Assembly (NCBI RefSeq): GCF_030384885.1
Contig: NZ_CP128613.1
Source of the DNA: Escherichia coli
Lineage (GTDB): Bacteria > Pseudomonadota > Gammaproteobacteria > Enterobacterales > Enterobacteriaceae
Length of the DNA stretch: 64,000 nt
Direction: 5' to 3' (one strand)
Positions within the stretch are counted from its first letter, which is position 1; each line of letters opens with the position of its first letter. The notes below the pieces were generated by a model that made no database searches, was not told where the DNA came from, and saw nothing but the letters and a program-made list of their open reading frames with translations. Below, piece by piece: positions 53,856-64,000 of this stretch. A program made the translations under genes and the position numbers.

Positions 53856-56357
53856 ATGGCCCTGATTGTGGAATTTATTTGTGAGCTACCTAACGGCGTA
53901 CATGCGCGTCCGGCAAGCCACGTTGAAACGCTGTGTAATACTTTTTCATCACAAATTGAGTGGCATAACCTGCGCACTGACCGCAAGGGCAACGCCAAAA
54001 GCGCCCTTGCGCTGATTGGCACCGATACGCTGGTGGGCGATAACTGCCAGTTACTGATTTCCGGGGCCGACGAGCAGGAAGCGCACCAGCGTTTAAGCCA
54101 ATGGCTGCGCGATGAATTCCCCCACTGCGACGCACCGCTGGCAGAAGTAAAATCTGACGAACTGGAGCCGCTGCCGGTTTCACTGACCAACCTGAATCCG
54201 CGAATTATCCGCGCCCGCACCGTGTGCAGCAGTAGCGCAGGCGGCATTCTGACGCCGATCTCTTCTTTAGATCTCAATGCGCTGGGTAATCTTCCCGCTG
54301 CCAAAGGCGTTGACGCCGAGCAATCCGCGCTGGAAAACGGCCTGACGCTGGTACTGAAAAACATTGAGTTTCGTCTGCTGGATAGCGACGGTGCTACCAG
54401 CGCGATTCTGGAAGCGCACCGATCCCTGGCTGGCGATACTTCCCTGCGCGAACATTTACTGGCAGGCGTCTGCGCCGGATTAAGCTGCGCCGAAGCAATT
54501 GTTACCAGTGCGAATCACTTTTGCGAAGAGTTTTCCCGTTCCAGCAGCAGCTACCTGCAAGAACGCGCGCTGGATGTGCGCGATGTCTGCTTCCAGTTAC
54601 TCCAGCAAATCTACGGCGAGAAACGCTTTCCGGCACCGGGCAAGCTGACGCAGCCCGCCATTTGTATGGCTGATGAACTGACCCCTAGCCAGTTCCTCGA
54701 ACTGGATAAAAATCACCTCAAAGGATTGTTGCTCAAAAGTGGCGGCACTACCTCACACACGGTGATCCTTGCCCGTTCGTTCAACATTCCGACGCTGGTT
54801 GGTGTGGATATTGATGCCCTTACTCCGTGGCAGCATCAAACGATTTATATCGACGGCAACGCTGGGGCGATTGTGGTTGATCCTGGAGAAGCCGTAGCCC
54901 GTTATTATCAGCAAGAAGCCCGCGTACAGAACGCCCTTCGTGAGCAACAGCGTGTCTGGCTGACCCAACAAGCCCGTACCGCTGACGGTATCCGCATTGA
55001 AATTGCCGCTAACATCGCTCACTCCGTCGAAGCGCAGGCCGCATTCGGCAATGGTGCGGAAGGCGTTGGTTTGTTCCGCACTGAAATGCTCTATATGGAT
55101 CGCACCAGTGCACCGGGCGAAAGCGAGCTGTACAACATTTTTTGTCAGGCGCTGGAGTCCGCCAACGGACGCAGCATTATTGTGCGCACTATGGATATTG
55201 GCGGTGACAAACCCGTTGATTATCTGAATATTCCCGCAGAGGCAAACCCGTTCCTCGGTTATCGCGCCGTGCGTATTTATGAAGAGTACGCGTCGTTATT
55301 TACCACGCAGCTACGATCGATCCTGCGCGCCTCCGCTCATGGTAGCCTGAAAATCATGATCCCGATGATCTCTTCAATGGAAGAGATCTTATGGGTGAAA
55401 GAAAAACTGGCAGAAGCTAAACAGCAGCTGCGTAACGAACACATTCCGTTTGATGAGAAGATCCAGCTCGGTATCATGCTTGAAGTGCCGTCAGTAATGT
55501 TCATCATCGATCAATGCTGTGAGGAGATTGATTTCTTTAGTATTGGTAGTAATGACCTGACGCAATATCTGCTGGCAGTGGATCGCGATAACGCTAAGGT
55601 AACTCGTCACTACAACAGCCTGAATCCGGCATTCTTACGAGCGCTTGATTACGCCGTGCAGGCAGTGCATCGCCAGGGCAAATGGATTGGTCTGTGCGGT
55701 GAACTGGGGGCGAAAGGTTCCGTGCTGCCGTTGCTGGTCGGTTTAGGGCTGGATGAGTTGAGCATGAGTGCACCGTCAATTCCGGCGGCGAAAGCGCGAA
55801 TGGCGCAACTTGATAGCCGCGAATGCCGCCAGTTACTCAACCAGGCAATGGCCTGCCGTACTTCGCTGGAAGTGGAACACCTGCTGGCACAATTCCGCAT
55901 GACGCAACAGGATGCACCACTGGTCACCGCCGAGTGCATCACGCTGGAAAGCGACTGGCGCAGCAAAGAAGAAGTGCTCAAAGGCATGACCGATAACCTG
56001 CTGCTGGCGGGCCGCTGCCGCTATCCGCGTAAACTGGAAGCCGACTTGTGGGCGCGCGAGGCCGTTTTCTCTACCGGTCTGGGCTTTAGTTTTGCCATTC
56101 CACACAGCAAATCAGAACACATTGAGCAGTCCACCATCAGCGTGGCGCGTCTGCAAGCGCCAGTGCGCTGGGGCGATGATGAAGCACAATTCATCATTAT
56201 GTTAACCCTTAACAAACACGCTGCCGGCGATCAGCATATGCGCATTTTCTCGCGCCTCGCTCGCCGCATCATGCACGAAGAATTCCGTAACGCGCTGGTT
56301 AACGCCGCCTCTGCCGACGCTATCGCCAGCCTGCTGCAACATGAACTGGAACTGTAA
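53856..56357 (+). CDS. ptsA: Multidomain PTS protein (HPr-like, Enzyme I-like, EIIA-Fru-like)
   Basis: 833-aa product [28 protein letters not shown]... (HPr-like His), central PEP-utilising Enzyme I domain, C-terminal EIIA-like domain. Confidence 0.93.
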   Translation: MALIVEFICELPNGVHARPASHVETLCNTFSSQIEWHNLRTDRKGNAKSALALIGTDTLVGDNCQLLISGADEQEAHQRLSQWLRDEFPHCDAPLAEVKSDELEPLPVSLTNLNPRIIRARTVCSSSAGGILTPISSLDLNALGNLPAAKGVDAEQSALENGLTLVLKNIEFRLLDSDGATSAILEAHRSLAGDTSLREHLLAGVCAGLSCAEAIVTSANHFCEEFSRSSSSYLQERALDVRDVCFQLLQQIYGEKRFPAPGKLTQPAICMADELTPSQFLELDKNHLKGLLLKSGGTTSHTVILARSFNIPTLVGVDIDALTPWQHQTIYIDGNAGAIVVDPGEAVARYYQQEARVQNALREQQRVWLTQQARTADGIRIEIAANIAHSVEAQAAFGNGAEGVGLFRTEMLYMDRTSAPGESELYNIFCQALESANGRSIIVRTMDIGGDKPVDYLNIPAEANPFLGYRAVRIYEEYASLFTTQLRSILRASAHGSLKIMIPMISSMEEILWVKEKLAEAKQQLRNEHIPFDEKIQLGIMLEVPSVMFIIDQCCEEIDFFSIGSNDLTQYLLAVDRDNAKVTRHYNSLNPAFLRALDYAVQAVHRQGKWIGLCGELGAKGSVLPLLVGLGLDELSMSAPSIPAAKARMAQLDSRECRQLLNQAMACRTSLEVEHLLAQFRMTQQDAPLVTAECITLESDWRSKEEVLKGMTDNLLLAGRCRYPRKLEADLWAREAVFSTGLGFSFAIPHSKSEHIEQSTISVARLQAPVRWGDDEAQFIIMLTLNKHAAGDQHMRIFSRLARRIMHEEFRNALVNAASADAIASLLQHELEL

Positions 56358-56368
56358 AAGGAAACATC

Positions 56369-57031
56369 ATGGAACTGTATCTGGACACCGCTAACGTCGC
56401 AGAAGTCGAACGTCTGGCACGCATATTCCCGATTGCCGGGGTAACAACTAACCCGAGCATTATCGCGGCCAGCAAGGAGTCCATCTGGGAAGTACTGCCG
56501 CGTTTGCAAAAAGCGATTGGTGATGAGGGTATTTTGTTTGCTCAGACCATGAGTCGTGACGCACAGGGGATGGTGGAAGAAGCGAAGCGCCTGCGCGACG
56601 CCATTCCGGGCATCGTGGTGAAAATCCCGGTGACTTCCGAAGGTCTGGCCGCCATTAAGATGCTGAAAAAAGAGGGTATTACTACACTTGGCACCGCTGT
56701 ATATAGCGCCGCACAAGGATTATTAGCCGCGCTGGCAGGGGCAAAATATGTTGCTCCGTATGTTAACCGCGTCGACGCCCAGGGCGGTGACGGCATTCGT
56801 ACGGTTCAGGAGCTGCAAGCGCTGTTGGAAATGCACGCGCCAGAAAGCATGGTGCTGGCTGCCAGTTTTAAAACACCGCGTCAGGCGCTGGATTGTTTGC
56901 TGGCAGGATGTGAGTCCATCACCCTACCCTTAGATGTAGCGCAACAAATGCTCAACACTCCTGCGGTAGAGTCGGCTATAGAGAAGTTTGAGCACGACTG
57001 GAATGCCGCATTTGGCACTACTCATCTCTAA
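56369..57031 (+). CDS. fsaB: Fructose-6-phosphate aldolase 2 (transaldolase-like)
   Basis: 220-aa product [37 protein letters not shown]... Confidence 0.93.
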
Positions 57032-57041
57032 AGGAGCAATT

Positions 57042-58145
57042 ATGGACCGCATTATTCAATCACCGGGTAAATACATCCAGGGCGCAGATGTCATTAATCG
57101 TCTGGGCGAGTACCTGAAGCCGCTGGCAGAACGCTGGTTAGTGGTGGGTGACAAATTTGTTTTAGGTTTTGCTCAATCCACTGTCGAGAAAAGCTTTAAA
57201 GATGCTGGACTGGTAGTAGAAATTGCGCCGTTTGGCGGTGAATGTTCGCAAAATGAGATCGACCGTCTGCGTGGCATCGCGGAGACTGCGCAGTGTGGCG
57301 CAATTCTCGGTATCGGCGGCGGTAAAACCCTCGATACAGCCAAAGCACTGGCACATTTCATGGGTGTTCCGGTCGCCATTGCCCCGACCATTGCTTCAAC
57401 CGACGCGCCTTGTAGCGCTCTTTCCGTTATCTACACTGACGAAGGTGAATTTGACCGCTATCTGCTGTTGCCAAATAACCCGAATATGGTCATTGTCGAC
57501 ACCAAAATCGTCGCGGGCGCACCTGCACGTCTGTTAGCGGCGGGTATCGGCGATGCGCTGGCGACCTGGTTTGAAGCGCGTGCTTGCTCTCGTAGCGGTG
57601 CGACCACAATGGCGGGCGGTAAGTGTACTCAGGCAGCGCTGGCGCTGGCTGAACTGTGCTACAACACGCTGCTGGAAGAAGGCGAAAAAGCGATGCTTGC
57701 CGCCGAACAGCATGTAGTAACTCCAGCACTGGAACGCGTGATTGAAGCGAACACCTATTTGAGCGGCGTTGGCTTTGAAAGCGGTGGGCTGGCTGCGGCG
57801 CACGCGGTGCATAACGGCCTGACTGCAATACCTGATGCCCATCACTATTATCATGGTGAAAAAGTGGCATTCGGTACGCTGACGCAGCTGGTTCTGGAAA
57901 ATGCGCCGGTGGAAGAAATCGAAACCGTAGCTGCACTTAGCCATGCGGTAGGTTTGCCAATAACCCTCGCTCAACTGGATATTAAAGAAGATGTCCCGGC
58001 GAAAATGCGGATTGTGGCAGAAGCGGCATGTGCAGAAGGTGAAACCATCCACAACATGCCTGGCGGCGCGACGCCAGATCAGGTTTACGCCGCACTGCTG
58101 GTAGCCGACCAGTACGGTCAGCGTTTCCTGCAAGAGTGGGAATAA
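57042..58145 (+). CDS. gldA: Glycerol dehydrogenase
   Basis: 367-aa product from [39 protein letters not shown]...; the upstream ATG at 56988 is rejected. Confidence 0.93.
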
Positions 58146-58152
58146 TCTATGC

Positions 58153-58330
58153 CAAACTCCCGGCTTGTCCGGGAGTTTGAACGCAAAATTGCCTGATGCG
58201 CTACGCTTATCAGGCCTACGAAATATCTGCAACGCATTGAATTTACGTGTTTTTTATGTCTGACAAGGCGTTCACGCCGCATCCGGCACTCTGTGCCATT
58301 AATCTGATACTCCCACGTTGTTCGGGAGTT
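58153..58330. repeat. Terminator hairpins plus REP elements between gldA and yijF
   Basis: Hairpin aaactcccgg / ccgggagttt right after the gldA stop; two REP units (gcctgatgcgctacgcttatcaggcctac and aggcgttcacgccgcatccggcact); a second hairpin (ctccc / gggag) followed by a T-run. Confidence 0.55.
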
Positions 58331-58416
58331 TTTATCCGCTTCTGGACATTTTCTCCACAGAACAATCGTTAGCCCGGAAGGTCGAATCTGTGAATATTTT
58401 TTCACGGACGAAACAG

Positions 58417-59034
58417 ATGAAAGCTTCACTGGCGTTGTTCAGTCTTCTGACGGTATTTACCAGTTACTCCTTAAAATCTCCCGCTGTTCCACCAACCGTG
58501 GTACAAATCCAGGCCAACACCAATCTTGCCATCGCAGACGGTGCCAGACAGCAAATTGGCAGCACGCTATTTTACGATCCGGCGTATGTGCAGCTTACTT
58601 ATCCTGGCGGTGATGTCCCGCAAGAACGCGGCGTATGTTCCGATGTGGTAATCCGTGCATTGCGCAGCCAGAAGGTCGATTTGCAGAAACTGGTGCACGA
58701 AGATATGGCGAAGAATTTTGCTGCGTACCCGCAAAAATGGCAGTTAAAGCGCCCGGACAGCAACATCGATCACCGTCGGGTGCCTAATCTGGAAACCTGG
58801 TTTACCCGCCACGATAAAACACGCCCCACCAGCAAAAACGCCAGTGACTACCAAGCGGGCGATATTGTCTCCTGGCGATTAGATAATGGGCTGGCACATA
58901 TTGGGGTGGTTTCAGATGGCTTCGCCCGCGACGGTACGCCGCTGGTGATACATAACATTGGCGCAGGCGCGCAGGAAGAAGACGTGCTGTTTAGCTGGCG
59001 GATGGTGGGGCATTATCGGTATTTTGCTAAATGA
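58417..59034 (+). CDS. yijF: Secreted DUF1287-family protein YijF
   Basis: 205-aa product from MKASLALFSLLTVFTSYSLKSPAVPP... (signal-peptide-like N-terminus); the upstream extension from 58318 is rejected. Confidence 0.85.
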   Translation: MKASLALFSLLTVFTSYSLKSPAVPPTVVQIQANTNLAIADGARQQIGSTLFYDPAYVQLTYPGGDVPQERGVCSDVVIRALRSQKVDLQKLVHEDMAKNFAAYPQKWQLKRPDSNIDHRRVPNLETWFTRHDKTRPTSKNASDYQAGDIVSWRLDNGLAHIGVVSDGFARDGTPLVIHNIGAGAQEEDVLFSWRMVGHYRYFAK

Positions 59035-59058
59035 GCGCTCGCCCCACCTGTAAAAAAT

Positions 59059-59964
59059 TCAGATCCTTTTTACGCTGACGGCTTCTTTTTTCTTACGGCT
59101 CACCAGCGCCAGTGCCAGCACAATCAGCACAATGCCGCTACCTTCAACGGTCCCCGGATTTTCACCGAGCAGCCACCAGGAAAAGAGTACGCCGCAAACA
59201 GGAACTGCTAACGTGCTTAGGCTGGCGATACTGGCGGGTAAGTTTTTCAATACAAACAGCCATAAGCTCCAGGCCAGCGCTGTCGCCAGAATCGCACTGT
59301 AGGCCAGCGCCCAGAACACGGTGGGCTGCCAGTCAATTTCACGTTGCGGCACCAGCCAAGCGACCACGCTCATCACCAGCGCCGCATAAAGCATCTGCCA
59401 GGATGTTAACGACAATAAATCCACGCGTGGATGGCGGGCGTATAGGCGTTTCGCGACAATCGCGCTCGCCCCCCAACTAACACCGGAGAGGATCGCCAGC
59501 ATGGCGCTTTTCATCGAAGAGAAATCGAGTTGCCACGGCTGCAACACCAAAAATAAGCCGAAAGCGGCAATCAGAATCGCCAAATATTGCCCGCGTCGCA
59601 GGCGTTCACCGAGAAACAACGCGGCGAAAATCACCACCCAGAATGGCATGGTATAGCTCAGGATTGCCACCTTCCCTGCTCCGCCGCTCACCAGCGCCCA
59701 CTGCGCCAGGCCAACCATCCCGCAGGTTTGTAACAGGGCAATGGCTAAGGTGTATTTAAACGGCGTCGGGCGCATTCCGCGACCACGTAATAAAAGGACG
59801 ATGAATAAAACGAGAGCGCCGAAAATGCAGCGTAAAGCGGTAAAGTCGAAGGCACCGATGTAGCTGGTGACTTGCTTCATGAAAATCCAGCTATAACTCC
59901 AGATAAGTGTGAGCACAACCAGGCCACTGATTGCCAGTGGGTTGCTCTTTCCTGCGGCAGACAT
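59059..59964 (-). CDS. yijE: EamA/DMT-family inner-membrane exporter (cystine/cysteine exporter-like)
   Basis: 301-aa polytopic membrane protein from [32 protein letters not shown].... Start choice is uncertain: a GTG at 59997 would add 11 codons. Confidence 0.82.
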   Translation of the reverse strand: MSAAGKSNPLAISGLVVLTLIWSYSWIFMKQVTSYIGAFDFTALRCIFGALVLFIVLLLRGRGMRPTPFKYTLAIALLQTCGMVGLAQWALVSGGAGKVAILSYTMPFWVVIFAALFLGERLRRGQYLAILIAAFGLFLVLQPWQLDFSSMKSAMLAILSGVSWGASAIVAKRLYARHPRVDLLSLTSWQMLYAALVMSVVAWLVPQREIDWQPTVFWALAYSAILATALAWSLWLFVLKNLPASIASLSTLAVPVCGVLFSWWLLGENPGTVEGSGIVLIVLALALVSRKKKEAVSVKRI

Positions 59965-60057
59965 GAGAGATCCAGTGTGTAGTTTTCCTGTGGACACTAT
60001 ACGCTGGTAAAGAAACTTCAGCGACTGCCAGACAGACAGTCGCTGAAGAAGGTTAGA

Positions 60058-62292
<2,235 letters not shown>

Positions 62293-62565
62293 TTATAATT
62301 GAATTAATCCACGGATGCGATAGTTGAGATCTTACATATTGTTGGTTAAAGAGATGTAGATCAAATTGATCGTAATTAAGACTTTTTGATTATGTCCGAT
62401 TTCGGACAAATGCTTTATAAAAAAGGTTTTAGCTTCGTAAGCTTCAAGAAATGAGGGAGAAAACAAGGCTGACTACCTTATTTTCTCACTCGCATTTCGA
62501 GGCAGCATTTTGTGCTCTGTTTAAAATTTGTGATCACAGTGTGATTTTCACAAAAGGCGCACTAT

Positions 62566-63459
<894 letters not shown>

Positions 63460-63499
63460 TTACCTCATCAATCGCTTGTAGTTATATGTTGTGTTGTGC

Positions 63500-63545
63500 A
63501 CATCTATCCGTTTAGACGTCCAGATGTAAAGATGAAGGAAAAGCT
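63500..63545 (-). promoter_or_regulatory. Putative MetJ operator (tandem met-box-like octamers) in the metF promoter
   Basis: Minus strand reads acatctgg-acgtctaa-acggatag-atgtgcac, degenerate repeats of the AGACGTCT met box, 45-90 nt upstream of the metF ATG. Confidence 0.5.
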
Positions 63546-63808
63546 GAAGGGCGTCAACCGAAAAATGACCAATGATGGTGAGGAAAAATCAGGGAAGATG
63601 AAAAAAATTCAGGATAAAGGCCAAAGTTCCTCGTACCTGAACATGTGGAATATACCTCATTTAAGATGATATTTATTTGTTTAATTATTTTTTCTATTAA
63701 CCGGTGCAACGAGTGTTAAAGCGTGTAATTTTAGGATTATATCAATAGTCACGGTTATACAAACAGTGATAATTTATGAAATAATTTTATTTACCAGAGG
63801 AATAGCGC

Positions 63809-64000
63809 ATGTATCTTAATACTCAAGTTCAATATAATAAGTTAAATAAAGATGAAAAAAAGATCCTGTTGTTACAAAAGCTAGCCCATTTAACTGATTT
63901 TACTTTTGACAGAATAGAGACATTTTCAGCATTTGGACAATCTACTGAAACAGGTGTTTTTAAATATAAAGATGGCAATGAATTTGTTGTTGTCCCCGGG
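63809..64000 (+). CDS. Hypothetical protein, N-terminal fragment (runs off the window); AT-rich, probably accessory
   Basis: ATG at 63809 with AGAGGA Shine-Dalgarno 8 nt upstream; open for 64 codons to the window end (MYLNTQVQYNKLNKDEKKILLLQKLAHLTDFTFDRIETFSAFGQSTETGVFKYKDGNEFVVVPG); base composition and codon usage are markedly AT-rich relative to the rest of the window. No family recognised. Confidence 0.4.
   Translation, partial: MYLNTQVQYNKLNKDEKKILLLQKLAHLTDFTFDRIETFSAFGQSTETGVFKYKDGNEFVVVPG

Overview
The window is an Escherichia coli chromosomal segment matching the K-12 metF-to-thiC region (about 89-90 min), presented in reverse orientation to the usual K-12 map. Gene identities were assigned by recognising the translated ORFs and RNA sequences from memory; no database search was run. 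Read left to right it contains thiC (3' end), thiEFSGH, rpoC, rpoB, rplL, rplJ, rplA, rplK, nusG, secE, tufB, the thrT-glyT-tyrU-thrU tRNA cluster, coaA, birA, murB, the rrnB-type rRNA operon (5S, 23S, tRNA-Glu, 16S, with P1/P2 promoters), murI, btuB with its cobalamin riboswitch, trmA, yijD, fabR, sthA, oxyR, oxyS, argHBC/argE, ppc, eptC, yijO, the cryptic frw/pflDC PTS-like cluster, ptsA, fsaB, gldA, yijF, yijE, katG and metF. Almost all of it is conserved core genome. The clearest non-K-12 feature is a roughly 3 kb two-gene insert between oxyS and argH: an RspA/ManD-like enolase-superfamily dehydratase plus an ACS-family MFS transporter, preceded by an AT-rich region carrying a 10-nt C/G homopolymer. 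Other departures from my recollection of K-12 are an AT-rich junction with a partial unknown ORF at the right window edge upstream of metF, an apparently missing yjaZ between rpoC and thiH, and a single hybrid terminator after 5S where K-12 has T1 and T2. No CRISPR array, transposase, integrase or recognisable defence system was found.
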